From: Candidatus Eremiobacteria bacterium
Lineage (GTDB): Bacteria; Vulcanimicrobiota; Vulcanimicrobiia; Vulcanimicrobiales; Vulcanimicrobiaceae
Assembly (NCBI GenBank): GCA_963765935.1
Contig: CAVXXX010000001.1
Coordinates: forward strand, 1,446,304 to 1,510,303
Reading direction: 5' to 3'
Length of the DNA stretch: 64,000 bases
In this document: piece after piece, positions 34,868 through 44,513 of the stretch
How positions within the stretch are numbered: position 1 is the stretch's first letter
How the letters are laid out: each line of letters opens with the position of its first letter
Notes under the pieces: model-generated
Databases searched by the model: none
Told to the model about the DNA's origin: nothing
Seen by the model: the letters and a program-made list of their open reading frames with translations, nothing else
Made by a program: the position numbers and the translations under genes

Positions 34868-36100
34868 TTGCTCGTTTGGAACGCCGATTTATCACTGCGG
34901 GTCACGTCGCTATCGGCTCGGCTGCGCGACATCGCAGGCATCGGTTCGGGCGCGCCGACTCTTCATGTGAGCGATCTTTGGGGGAACGACGACCGCCATG
35001 CGGTCGCGGTGGCGGCCCACCAGTGGGCACTCGAGGGCGAATTACTTGCGTTCGAAGCCCCGATCGGCGGAACGCCGTACCATTGCGAAGTTCAACCGCT
35101 CCACGATCCCTCCGGCGCCGTTATCGGCGTGGCAGGGCGCGCGATGGAAGTTACCGACTCGAGCGGCCTCGACGTGCAGACGATGTTGCACGCGGAACGT
35201 TCGGCCGGCATGGGCACGTGGTACGAAGACCTTCGAACGGGCGCCGTAACGATGTCGGAAGGCCTGGCCGCTCTCCTCGGCACGCCGCGCCATGTCACCG
35301 ACCTCGATATCCGCGCCTTCGACCATCCCGACGACCGCGCAACGATCGCCGAAACGATCGCCAACTATGCCAACGAAGACGGCTACGTCTGCGACCATCG
35401 CATTCTCTGTCTCGGAAGCCGCATACGGATTGTGCGCGAGCGCGTTCGCGCGATCTTCGATGATCGCGGGATGCCGGTCGCGCGCGTCGGTACGCTGATC
35501 GATATCACCGACTTGAAAGAGCGTGAGGCCGAGCTCGCGGAACTTGCGCTTCACGATCCGCTGACACGCCTGCCCAATCGCACGGCGCTCGAGGAACGTC
35601 TTGGGTCATCGATCGGCCGGTGCGATCGCAACCAACGCTGTTGCGCGGTGCTCTTCATCGATATCGACGGGTTCAAGTCCGTCAATGACGCGCACGGCCA
35701 TCAATTCGGCGATCGCGCACTCGTTGCAGTCGCGCATCGACTCGCGCGCAACGTTCGCGCGTCCGACATGGTCGCGCGTCTGGGCGGCGATGAATTCATC
35801 GTGCTGGTCGACGATCTGTTCACGGACGAAGCGGCGCTCGATGCGGCCCGCAAACTGCTACGCAGCTTCGACGATCCGTTCATTGTCAACGGCGAAGAGC
35901 TGAGCGTCAACGCGAGCATCGGCGTCGCCGTATACCCGCACTCCGGGGTCGATCCAAAGATGTTGCTTGCCGTTGCGGACCGCGAGATGTACGCGGTAAA
36001 GCGCAACGGGGGGCGCGGCGTGAAACTCGCGAACGCTTCAGCGTGGCCAGCCGAATATTCAGCGGACCGTCCGCCCTTCGCCATCCTCGAGAGCGCTTAG
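34868..36100 (+). CDS. PAS-domain diguanylate cyclase (GGDEF)
   Basis: Two PAS-like segments, then LTRLPNRTALEERL...FIDIDGFKSVNDAHGHQFGD...RLGGDEFIVLV. TTG is the first available start. Confidence 0.85.
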   Translation: MLVWNADLSLRVTSLSARLRDIAGIGSGAPTLHVSDLWGNDDRHAVAVAAHQWALEGELLAFEAPIGGTPYHCEVQPLHDPSGAVIGVAGRAMEVTDSSGLDVQTMLHAERSAGMGTWYEDLRTGAVTMSEGLAALLGTPRHVTDLDIRAFDHPDDRATIAETIANYANEDGYVCDHRILCLGSRIRIVRERVRAIFDDRGMPVARVGTLIDITDLKEREAELAELALHDPLTRLPNRTALEERLGSSIGRCDRNQRCCAVLFIDIDGFKSVNDAHGHQFGDRALVAVAHRLARNVRASDMVARLGGDEFIVLVDDLFTDEAALDAARKLLRSFDDPFIVNGEELSVNASIGVAVYPHSGVDPKMLLAVADREMYAVKRNGGRGVKLANASAWPAEYSADRPPFAILESA

Positions 36101-37503
36101 CCCTCCTCGGGACCCTACTCTGGGCGCTGCCCCTCGCGGGTATTTTCGGCCTCATCATTCACGAGAAGGTCGACATCCCGAAGGTGGCGTTGTTCATTGT
36201 CATCGCGATGCTCTACGTGACGCTCGCGCGCGGACGACTGATCGGCTCGTCGGTGATGATTCACGAGGCGCAGTATCCGCGCGTCTTCTCAATCGTCAAA
36301 CGCGCCTGCGCGGCGCTCGAGATTCCGATGCCGATGATTTTCGTGCGCGAGGATTATCTCGTACCGGTTGCCGCGCTCGGCTTTGGCGAACCGTATTCGC
36401 TCGTGCTCTCGAGTCACTACATCGAGCATTTCGAAGACGACGAACTCGCGTTCATTGTCGGACGTCAACTCGGCCACATCGCCGCGGGCCACACGCGCTT
36501 CATCTCGCTGCTGAGCGTCAACGGTAACGAAAATCCAATCATTGCCTTGATTTTCGGACCCTGGCTGCGCATCTGCGAACTCACCTGCGACAAGGTCGGC
36601 TTGTTAGTGTGCGGATCGGTAGAAGCAGCCGCGCGTGCAATCGCGATTTCCTCGTTCCATCACTTCGGGCGCAACGTCGATATGGAACAGTTCGCCGAAC
36701 AAGGACGTGAAATTGCAGGCGACAGCGTACTGCGTTGGGGCGAGTGGCTCGGCGCGGAACCGTACGCCACGCGACGAATCGCAGAGATGCGCGCCTTCGC
36801 GCAAACGCACGCATATCAAACGCTCGAAGAGTGGTTCTTACGCGAAGCCCACGAGCCGCCGCCTGCGCTCCCCGCGCCGGGACGTATCACCGTTTCGCGC
36901 GCTGATTGCGCCGGCTGGTGGCGGCGATTCACCGCGACGTTCATCGACCTTGTCGTCGTCACGTCCCTCATAACCGCATTCAGTGGAACTGACGAATCCG
37001 CAACGCGAGTGGTGAATGTAACGAATGTCGATAAGCACGGGAAAACCACCCACACCGCGACGGTCGTTCCGGCCGACAGTAGCGCAACATCGGCTGAAGA
37101 CGTAGGCGCCACAAAACTCGGTTGGATTCAAATCGGTCTTGGCGGGATTCACATAACCGAAGGTACGCCGCTTGCGGCCGTCGCGCAGCTCTTCGGCAAA
37201 AACGTTTGGCTTTGGGCGGCCGGTCTGTACTTCGCGCTGCTGGTCGGGCTCGCCGGGCAAACGTTCGGCATGATGATCACCGGTTTGCGCGTCGTGACTA
37301 CCGACTTTCGAAAACCGGGGTTGGGACTAGCGTTCTGGCGTTACATCCTCGGCTTCGTACTTTGGCCCGTCATCATTCCGCTCAGCTTTATCCAGCATCG
37401 CGTGATGTTGCACGATCGTTGGAGCGGCACGCGGTTGGTTACGGCGGAACGCGCGATGGCGCGCGCAGCGACGACCGCGATGGCGGTTAGCGCGCCGGCG
37501 TAG
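36043..37503 (+). CDS. M48-like (degenerate HExxH) domain fused to an RDD-family membrane domain
   Basis: DELAFIVGRQLGHIAAGH sits where M48 has HExxH (here R-Q-x-x-H). Downstream E..CDKVG is retained. C-terminal RRFTATFIDLVVV...GQTFGMMITGLRVV is RDD-like. The start is uncertain (58-nt overlap with the GGDEF gene). Confidence 0.65.
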   Translation: MASRIFSGPSALRHPRERLALLGTLLWALPLAGIFGLIIHEKVDIPKVALFIVIAMLYVTLARGRLIGSSVMIHEAQYPRVFSIVKRACAALEIPMPMIFVREDYLVPVAALGFGEPYSLVLSSHYIEHFEDDELAFIVGRQLGHIAAGHTRFISLLSVNGNENPIIALIFGPWLRICELTCDKVGLLVCGSVEAAARAIAISSFHHFGRNVDMEQFAEQGREIAGDSVLRWGEWLGAEPYATRRIAEMRAFAQTHAYQTLEEWFLREAHEPPPALPAPGRITVSRADCAGWWRRFTATFIDLVVVTSLITAFSGTDESATRVVNVTNVDKHGKTTHTATVVPADSSATSAEDVGATKLGWIQIGLGGIHITEGTPLAAVAQLFGKNVWLWAAGLYFALLVGLAGQTFGMMITGLRVVTTDFRKPGLGLAFWRYILGFVLWPVIIPLSFIQHRVMLHDRWSGTRLVTAERAMARAATTAMAVSAPA

Positions 37504-37939
37504 CCTCTAACGCGAGCGCGTTACTCAACCGGCTGATATAGTTATTGACCCCGATTGCGGCGAGAATTTCGACGATCTCGCCGTCGTTATAGTGCTCGCA
37601 TAGCTGACTCAAAACCGGCGGTGGAAGTGCGCGCGGTTCGCGGGTCAAGGCGACCGTTGCGGCCAGCGCCGCGCGCTCCGCAGGCGTGAAGCGATCGCTT
37701 CGCGCGAAATCGCCGAGTTCGGCAAGTGTCTGCGTTTCGATGCCGAGCTTGAGCGCAATTTCTTCATGCACGCACGTGCAGTAATCGCAAGCGTTGAGCC
37801 AGCCCACCATCAGCGCAATCAACTCTTTCGTCCGCGGCGCAACCGTGCCGTCCTCATTCAAAGCACGCACGTGCGCGGCAAGCGACCGCGCGATCTGCGG
37901 ACGCGCCGCCATCGCGGAAAAGAGGCCCTCATCAGCCAC
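37487..37939 (-). CDS. Carboxymuconolactone decarboxylase (AhpD-like) family protein
   Basis: KELIALMVGWLNACDYCTCVHEE (CxxC). Confidence 0.85.
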   Translation of the reverse strand: MADEGLFSAMAARPQIARSLAAHVRALNEDGTVAPRTKELIALMVGWLNACDYCTCVHEEIALKLGIETQTLAELGDFARSDRFTPAERAALAATVALTREPRALPPPVLSQLCEHYNDGEIVEILAAIGVNNYISRLSNALALEATPAR

Positions 37940-39411
37940 TACGCGGACTCTTGCGCGAGTTGACGGAATTCGGCGTCGTCGCGAAGACTATCGAACCGCG
38001 CGTCATGGATAATCGCCATCCACGTTCCATGCTGATGCATGTGGCGGAGCAACGAAAAGGCGACGCTGCGATCGCCGAGCGCCGCGGCTGCCAGCGCGAG
38101 ATCGGCGGGGTCAACGTCACGCGCATGCGCGCGCGCATATGCAAGTTCGGCTCGCGCCTCCGGATAACGATGCGCGATCGCATAGGCGTGCGCGAGCAAC
38201 GCGGCGCCTTCCGCGCGATGATATTGGTCCGACGTCGCATACTGTTTGTACGAATCGATCGCGCGCGTGATATTGCCTTCGGCTTCGTACGCTTCACCCA
38301 TCGTCGTCAACGCATCGGTGCGTTGCGGTGAGAGTTCCAGGGCTTGCTGCGAATACGCGATGGCGTCGTGGAACCGGCGATCGTAATATGCCGCCGAACC
38401 GAGCCACGCGGTCGTCGAAACGCTCAACGGATCGAGGTCCGCGGCGCGCTTGAGCTCGGCAAAACCTTCGCGCAACTGTCCTTGACTGACGAGTCCAATG
38501 CCGTACCATTCACGCGCAGGCCCGTATGTAGCGTCGAGCGCGATCGCACGTTGCAATTCCGTCATCGCCTTGCGCATATCTTTTTCGTCGAGCCCGATCA
38601 GGCCAAGCGCCGCATGCGCTTCGGCCGAATTCGGATCGAGTGACAGTGCCTTCTCGGCATAACCACGGGCGCGGGCGAAATAGACTTGCGGCGTTTGCGA
38701 GCCGAAGCGGTAATCACCCATCACGGCATACGCATCCGAGATCGCAGCGTACCCGCGCGCACTCTTTGGGTCGCTGTCGACGACCTGCGTAAAATAGGTC
38801 AAACTCTTTTCGACGCCCTCACGCGTGCGCAAATTCCAGTAGTAGCGTCCGATTTGATAGAGCCGCGCGCCGTTGTCCGAAAGCGTATCGGTAGAGGACG
38901 CACGATGCGTCGCGACGTTTGCAAGCAGCATAAACGACGCTGCGATCACGGCGGCTGCGGATGCAAAAGCAGCGACCCACCGGTAGCGCGTAACGCGCGA
39001 TACGGAGCGATGTTGCAAATCATGTGCAACCGCGAGAGGCGCTGCGGATAGAGATGCCTCCGGCACGTCGACGATGGGCGCTTCGGCGAGCGCCGCGCGC
39101 GCAGCGCGACGAACGGGTGCGGTGAAGCGGTAGCCGCGTCGCGGTACGGTTTCTATTGCATCGGTGCCCCAGCGGGCTCGCAGCATCTTGCGCAGTACGT
39201 AGATGTTCTGAGCGAGGTTTGCTTCTTCGACGAATCCTTCGGGCCAGATACGGTCGAGTAACATTGCCTTGGCAAGAACTTCGCCGGGATGTTCGACCAG
39301 CGCGAGCAGCGTTTCGACGACTTTCGGGCCGAGCGCAACCGGTTCACCGTCGTGCACGAGCAATAACCGCTCCACATCGAGGTGGAAAGGACCAAATTCA
39401 TAGACGTCCAT
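37939..39411 (-). CDS. CadC/ToxR-like winged-helix regulator with TM segment and periplasmic TPR repeats
   Basis: N-terminus YEFGPFHLDVERLLLVHDGEPVALGPKVVETLLALVEHPGEVL...NIYVLRKML, one TM segment (WVAAFASAAAVIAASFMLLA), then at least 6 TPR units. Confidence 0.8.
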   Translation of the reverse strand: MDVYEFGPFHLDVERLLLVHDGEPVALGPKVVETLLALVEHPGEVLAKAMLLDRIWPEGFVEEANLAQNIYVLRKMLRARWGTDAIETVPRRGYRFTAPVRRAARAALAEAPIVDVPEASLSAAPLAVAHDLQHRSVSRVTRYRWVAAFASAAAVIAASFMLLANVATHRASSTDTLSDNGARLYQIGRYYWNLRTREGVEKSLTYFTQVVDSDPKSARGYAAISDAYAVMGDYRFGSQTPQVYFARARGYAEKALSLDPNSAEAHAALGLIGLDEKDMRKAMTELQRAIALDATYGPAREWYGIGLVSQGQLREGFAELKRAADLDPLSVSTTAWLGSAAYYDRRFHDAIAYSQQALELSPQRTDALTTMGEAYEAEGNITRAIDSYKQYATSDQYHRAEGAALLAHAYAIAHRYPEARAELAYARAHARDVDPADLALAAAALGDRSVAFSLLRHMHQHGTWMAIIHDARFDSLRDDAEFRQLAQESA

Positions 39412-39473
39412 AACCGCACTGCCTTCGAAGAATAATTGATTCCGTTTTGAGGACGGTCGATACCGTTACTCGC

Positions 39474-41729
39474 ATGCTAGTACCGATGACGCGCCGCCTC
39501 ACACTCTTAACTACGGCCATAGTGCTCGCGGGTTTCGCCCTCCCGGCAACCCGCGCGACCGCGGCTGTTCCCGATACGTTTTCGTTCCCGGTGGCGAAGG
39601 CTCCCCATGACCCTCCCCTCGATCCCTCGCTTTCAGATCCGGCGTGGCAAGCGGGCAAAGTGCCTAGCGTTGGGGGCTGGGAGAACGTGACGACCCGTAG
39701 CCAAGCGGCGGGGGCGACGGTGTACATGCTCTATGACGACAAATATCTGTACGTTGGTTTCGTTGTGCCGCAAGAAGGCATTCCAATTTCAGCGACCCAG
39801 ACGACGAACGACGTCGGCTTCGGGACGGATGATTTTGTCGGCATCGGGGTGGACCCGAGCGGTGCGGGATCGCAAGCGTACTTCTTCGAGACGACGCCGC
39901 GCGGCGTGCGTTACCAGCAGGCGCTCGAAAACGTGCGCTATCGCCCCGAATGGCGAGCCGCAGCGAAGATTGGGCCCACGGGCTGGCGCGCCGTCATGGT
40001 CATCCCCCTAGCCGACATGCGGCTTCGCCCGGGTTCGTCTCAAACGTGGCGCATATCGTTCTTCCGCGGCGTTGCAGCGCGCGGCGAACACCTCATGTGG
40101 TCTTGGGACCCGCTTCAGCAAGACGCGACCGCCGGCAACTGGCCGACGTTCAACGACCTCCGGTACTGGCCCGCGGCAACATCGATTGCCGTGTCGAGCG
40201 GCGCGTCCAAACCCAAACCGCGACTCGAGATCTTCGGGCTCTCGAGCAGCGGTGAAGACCGCAACGTGTACCAGCAAGGCACGGGGGCATTTCTTTCGCA
40301 GCAGACACGCCACGTCGGCATGGACTTCAGCTATCCCGTTGCGTCGACGATCAACTTGGTCGGCACGTTGAATCCGGATTTTTCGAATGTTGAAACCGAC
40401 CAGCAAACGATCGCGCCGCAAGAGTTCGCGCGGCAACTCACCGAGTACCGTCCGTTTTTCGCCCAAGGCGCGCAATATCTCAATCCGAATCCGCTTCCTT
40501 ACAGCAACTTCAACTCGCCGTCGAACGAGATTTTTTACTCGCCGAGCGTCGGACCGTTCGACCGCGGCTTCAAACTCGAAGGAACGCACGGGCTGCAGAG
40601 TTTCGGTCTATTAACGTTCCGCGGCTACGACGAATCGACGAACGACACGTTTGACGATCAGGCCTTCGGATACAAGCACGCGATGCAGGACCAAACGTTC
40701 CAATATTGGGCCGACGGCGTCCTCGCAAATCACAGTCAAACGCCGCAACTCGCCAACGGCGAAGAAGGTCCGGGCGTGCACGACGACACGTTCGAGGCCG
40801 GGGCGAAGTGGCGCAACCTCCATACGCACCTCGTCTGGGGGTTCAATCAGGCAATTGAAAACGGCTCGTGGGTGCCGCAGGGGCACTCGTCTAGCACGAC
40901 GGCGTTCCTCGATCTTCATCAGAGCAACTTCGAAACGAACGTCAGCTATGTCAACATCGGTCCGAATTACAACCCGATCGATGGATTCACGACGAACTCC
41001 GACATACGCGGATTGCAGGGATTTCAGTCGTTCAACGGGTCGACGCCCGGAATCAAAAACTGGAGTCTCTTCGTCTATGGCGATCGCTTCTTCGATCAAA
41101 GCGGGGCCGTACACGAATCGGATGCCGGTGCGTTTCTGAACGCGGTCTTTAAAGGCGGCATTTCGATCAACGGGCTGGGCCCGACGGTCAGCGTGCTACG
41201 CGAGTACAACGGCAACGCGTTCACCGGGTACCCGCTGTATCAAAATCCATCGGAGGTGCCGTTCAATCTTTTCGGCGTGCCGATCGGCTATCACGACGGA
41301 ACGTCGACGCCTATCGACGTGAGCGCAAACTGGGGAAGCTTTGGCGGGTACTGGGAGCACCTGTATACAGCCACAACATCGCGGCCGCTTGGTTCCAAGT
41401 TCACCCTCGGTCTCGAATACGACGGCACGTATCAACGCAGCCTTAGCAATACCAACCCGCTCCCGGCGGGCGAACTCAATTCGCAGTTCTTACGCCGCGT
41501 TTCAATCGGATACAACATCACGCCGACGAGCAACTTCACGGTAGGCTTACGCGGTATTAATGGAACGGGCGGTTTTGCAACGCCCGGCCTGAACCTTGCG
41601 GCTGCGTATCATCTGCAAATGCGCTCCGGCGATCTGTACATCAACTACGGTTCGCCTTCTGCAATCGCAACATTAAATCGCTTAATAGTGAAGTACGTAT
41701 TCCGCGCCGGCGGCGATGCCGGGACGTAG
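39474..41729 (+). CDS. Secreted CBM9-like + DUF5916-like protein
   Basis: Signal MTRRLTLLTTAIVLAGFALPATRATA. DPAWQAGKV...VYMLYDDKYLYVGFVV (CBM9-like), then a long barrel-like C-terminus. Start could be 39474 or 39486. Confidence 0.7.
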   Translation: MLVPMTRRLTLLTTAIVLAGFALPATRATAAVPDTFSFPVAKAPHDPPLDPSLSDPAWQAGKVPSVGGWENVTTRSQAAGATVYMLYDDKYLYVGFVVPQEGIPISATQTTNDVGFGTDDFVGIGVDPSGAGSQAYFFETTPRGVRYQQALENVRYRPEWRAAAKIGPTGWRAVMVIPLADMRLRPGSSQTWRISFFRGVAARGEHLMWSWDPLQQDATAGNWPTFNDLRYWPAATSIAVSSGASKPKPRLEIFGLSSSGEDRNVYQQGTGAFLSQQTRHVGMDFSYPVASTINLVGTLNPDFSNVETDQQTIAPQEFARQLTEYRPFFAQGAQYLNPNPLPYSNFNSPSNEIFYSPSVGPFDRGFKLEGTHGLQSFGLLTFRGYDESTNDTFDDQAFGYKHAMQDQTFQYWADGVLANHSQTPQLANGEEGPGVHDDTFEAGAKWRNLHTHLVWGFNQAIENGSWVPQGHSSSTTAFLDLHQSNFETNVSYVNIGPNYNPIDGFTTNSDIRGLQGFQSFNGSTPGIKNWSLFVYGDRFFDQSGAVHESDAGAFLNAVFKGGISINGLGPTVSVLREYNGNAFTGYPLYQNPSEVPFNLFGVPIGYHDGTSTPIDVSANWGSFGGYWEHLYTATTSRPLGSKFTLGLEYDGTYQRSLSNTNPLPAGELNSQFLRRVSIGYNITPTSNFTVGLRGINGTGGFATPGLNLAAAYHLQMRSGDLYINYGSPSAIATLNRLIVKYVFRAGGDAGT

Positions 41730-41872
41730 TCACAAAGAACTACATATAACAGTTTTTTTCACGAAGATGCGAAAATTCGTGTGAAACAAAAATCATATGG
41801 GGACCGTACTTCCAGGTGTAGAGTGACACACGGACAGCGCAACAACGCGTTGTTCACTCGGAAGGAACAGTC

Positions 41873-42034
41873 TTGAATACGCCCTCGGACACCAACAACA
41901 ACGTCGCACAAGAGGAGCAGCAACCGGTGAATTCGTTCACACGTGTGATCGAAGCAGCACCGAGCGGCGCGTCCTTCGGCGGATGGGGACCGAAAGTTAT
42001 CGGACTCACATCGACGCTGACGCGCTGGAACTAA
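41873..42034 (+). CDS. Unannotated small ORF (53 aa)
   Basis: TTG lies 6 nt after GGAAGGA, GC3 about 70 percent, followed by hairpins and a strong terminator. Peptide: (M)NTPSDTNNNVAQEEQQPVNSFTRVIEAAPSGASFGGWGPKVIGLTSTLTRWN. Confidence 0.35.
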   Translation: MNTPSDTNNNVAQEEQQPVNSFTRVIEAAPSGASFGGWGPKVIGLTSTLTRWN

Positions 42035-42145
42035 GAATAGATTAAAATTTCATCTGCGCGCTCGTGCGCGTGAGATGAACGGGGGTGAAGTTGTCCTCCA
42101 CCAACGACACCCCCGAGGAACCCCATACCTCGTAGAGTGCAGCAA

Positions 42146-42179
42146 AAGAAAATGGACGGCGTCGGCCGTCCATTTTCTT
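42146..42179. terminator. Bidirectional rho-independent terminator
   Basis: AAGAAAATGGACGGC-gtcg-GCCGTCCATTTTCTT, between the small ORF (+) and the AKR gene (-). Confidence 0.7.
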
Positions 42180-42182
42180 GTC

Positions 42183-43158
42183 TTATGCCGTATAGGGTTC
42201 GTGCGGTGCTACGGGTTCTAGGATCTGGTCGACCTCGACGAATATCGCAGGGTCGAGATGTAGCTCGCCGGCGACGACGTTGTCGCGCATGTGTGAGGGA
42301 TTCGTCGCACCGACGATCGCGCTTGTTATGCCCGGCTCGCGGAGCGTCCACGCGAGCGCGAGTTGCGCGAGCGACACGCCTGCTTCCTCGGCGAGCGGCT
42401 TCAGCTGCGCAACGGCATCGAGAATCGGCTGAGTAAAGTAATCTTCCATGAACTCGCGATATGGACTTGCAGCGCGCGAACCGGCCGGCGGTTTCTTCGC
42501 ATCGGTGTATTTGCCGGTCAAAATTCCCATCGCAAGCGGCGACCACACGACGTTTCCAACACCGTATCGCTCGCACACCGGCAACACGCGCTCTTCGATG
42601 CGCCGCCACAGCGCGCTATATTGGGGCTGATTGCTGATCGGAACGCTCCATCCCCGCGCGCGGCATAGATTGACGGCGCTTGCGATTTGATCCGCATTCC
42701 ATTCGGAGACGCCCCAATACAGAATCGTTCCGGCACGTACGAGATCGTTCATCATCTCGCACGTCTCTTCGATCGGCGTTTCGTCATCGTACCGGTGGCA
42801 TTGATAGAGGTCGATGTATTCGACTCTCAATCGCTCGAGCGATTTATAGACCTCATCGCGGATATGCTTGCGCGAAAGGCCGCGTTGGTTCGGCGTTTCG
42901 CCGGTCGGCCAAAACAGCTTCGTGCCGATCACGATCTCATCGCGTGGAAGTTCACCGAGAATCGGACCGAGCGCTTCTTCGGCCTTTCCCTTCGAATACG
43001 TGCTCGCCGTATCGAAAAACGTGACACCGTTGTCGTAGGCAATGCGTACGCATTCGCGCGTCGCGTTTTGATCGACGGTGTTGCCGAACGTCAACCACGA
43101 GCCGAGACCAATCACCGAAAGCTTCAGTCCCGAATGTCCGAGCGTTTCTATAGTGCAT
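42183..43158 (-). CDS. Aldo/keto reductase (Kv-beta/Tas-like); start region carries an apparent 1-nt frameshift
   Basis: LGHSGLKLSVIGLGSWLTFG, DTASTYSKGKAEE and LYQCHRYD. The in-frame part begins without a canonical start. ATG 43158 is one frame off. Confidence 0.8.
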
Positions 43159-43164
43159 GCCGGG

Positions 43165-44001
43165 TCAGTGCGGCACGAATACGCGCAAGGCCTTCGGTAG
43201 AATCTCGAAGGTAGCAGGCGTCGTACCCGCAGGTTCCGCGTCGGCCGTAATGTGATGCGGTCGCCGCGTACGAACTTCGAATCGCTTGCCTCGCAGCGTG
43301 CGCAGTCCCGGTACGTCTTTGCGCCGGCCTTCCAGAATTGCGCGTCCGATCGAAAACGCTTCCCATGCGTTTTCGATATCCACCGAGTACAAGTCGAGCC
43401 ATCCGTCATCGATGGCGGCATCCGCAACCGAAAGAAATCCGCCGAAGCGAAAGCTGTTTGCAATCGTCATCTGGATCGTGCGCAAACGATCGATACCGTC
43501 CGCGTGGACGACCTCGGCGTGAATCGGCCGGGCGTGGCGAAAAGCTCGAATCGCGGTGATGAGCACCGCGAGAAGGCCAAGGCGTTGTTTGAGTCTCGGC
43601 GTCTGCAGCCGCGAGATGCGGCTTGAAATACCGATGCTCGATTCGTTGACGAAGTAACGACCGTTCACGCGCCCAACGTCGATCGAACGCTCGTGACCGT
43701 CGGCAATCACCGCGACTGCATGGTGCACGTCCATCGGAATCCGGAGGGTACGTGCGAGATCGTTGAACGTCCCAAGTGGAATCACGCCGAGCGGAAGATC
43801 CCGGCCGAGCGCGCTCGCGATTGCACTCAGCAGCGTTCCGTCGCCGCCCGCGGCGATGATGCAATCGACCGAGCCGGCGACGTCATCCGGCCAACCGTCT
43901 TCCGCGAATTCAATCCCTGCGTCATGAAGCGCCGCTCTCACCGCGGGCGCCGCTTGCGCGCCGCGCCGCGATCGCGTGTTGATAACTAATTGCGCAAACA
44001 T
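43165..44001 (-). CDS. Diacylglycerol/lipid kinase family protein (YegS/LCB5-like)
   Basis: MFAQLVINTRS..., IIAAGGDGTL, GVIPLGTFNDLAR. Confidence 0.85.
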   Translation of the reverse strand: MFAQLVINTRSRRGAQAAPAVRAALHDAGIEFAEDGWPDDVAGSVDCIIAAGGDGTLLSAIASALGRDLPLGVIPLGTFNDLARTLRIPMDVHHAVAVIADGHERSIDVGRVNGRYFVNESSIGISSRISRLQTPRLKQRLGLLAVLITAIRAFRHARPIHAEVVHADGIDRLRTIQMTIANSFRFGGFLSVADAAIDDGWLDLYSVDIENAWEAFSIGRAILEGRRKDVPGLRTLRGKRFEVRTRRPHHITADAEPAGTTPATFEILPKALRVFVPH

Positions 44002-44003
44002 TC

Positions 44004-44513
44004 CTAACAGAGGATTGCCACGTCGCGAAATCCGTAAACGGCATCCATAACGCCTTCCCCGAGGCTTACCGGTGCCGGTTCTTCGCGTAGCAATTTCGCC
44101 CCGACACGTTCGTAAAAGGTGCGGGCAGGATTGCGATCGCGCAGCGTAAGCAACCACATGCTGCGAATCTTCGCGCGAAGCAACTCCGATGCGACTTCGC
44201 GCAAGAGCGCGCGCGCGATTCCTCGCCGCTGCGCTCTCCGCAACACATATAAGGTCGAGAGTATCGCGTCGAAACCCGCTTCATCGTGATTGAGAAATGC
44301 GCAAGCGAATCCGTTAACCTCATCATTCGATTCACTGACAAATGTCCAACGCCCGGTACGGCTCAACCAATCGCGCCAATGGGCGACCCGAACGGAAAGC
44401 GGACGAGCATCGAGCGTCGCGTCGGGAAGAATGCCGCGGTAGGTTTCTTCCCAGCTCTGAACGTGTACGCGTGCAATAGCTTGCGCATCCGCGAACGTTG
44501 CCGGGCGAATCAT
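44004..44513 (-). CDS. GNAT-family N-acetyltransferase
   Basis: IRPATFADAQAIARVHVQSWEETY and LYVLRRAQRRGIARALL. Confidence 0.8.
   Translation of the reverse strand: MIRPATFADAQAIARVHVQSWEETYRGILPDATLDARPLSVRVAHWRDWLSRTGRWTFVSESNDEVNGFACAFLNHDEAGFDAILSTLYVLRRAQRRGIARALLREVASELLRAKIRSMWLLTLRDRNPARTFYERVGAKLLREEPAPVSLGEGVMDAVYGFRDVAILC

Noticed and set aside
34801-35463. 220-aa ORF overlapping the PAS-GGDEF gene in another frame
   Set aside because: It is an extreme Arg/Pro/Ser-rich sequence, whereas the alternative frame carries clear PAS and GGDEF motifs.
41873-42034. Interpretation of the 53-aa ORF as a lasso-peptide or other RiPP precursor
   Set aside because: No cyclase, protease, radical-SAM, YcaO or LanM-type gene lies within several kb. 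The putative core lacks the Asp/Glu needed for a lasso macrolactam. It is kept only as a generic small ORF.
42183-43463. Full 426-aa version of the AKR ORF
   Set aside because: The upstream 100 codons overlap the lipid-kinase gene in another frame and have no AKR similarity. The conserved AKR N-terminus begins near 43150.
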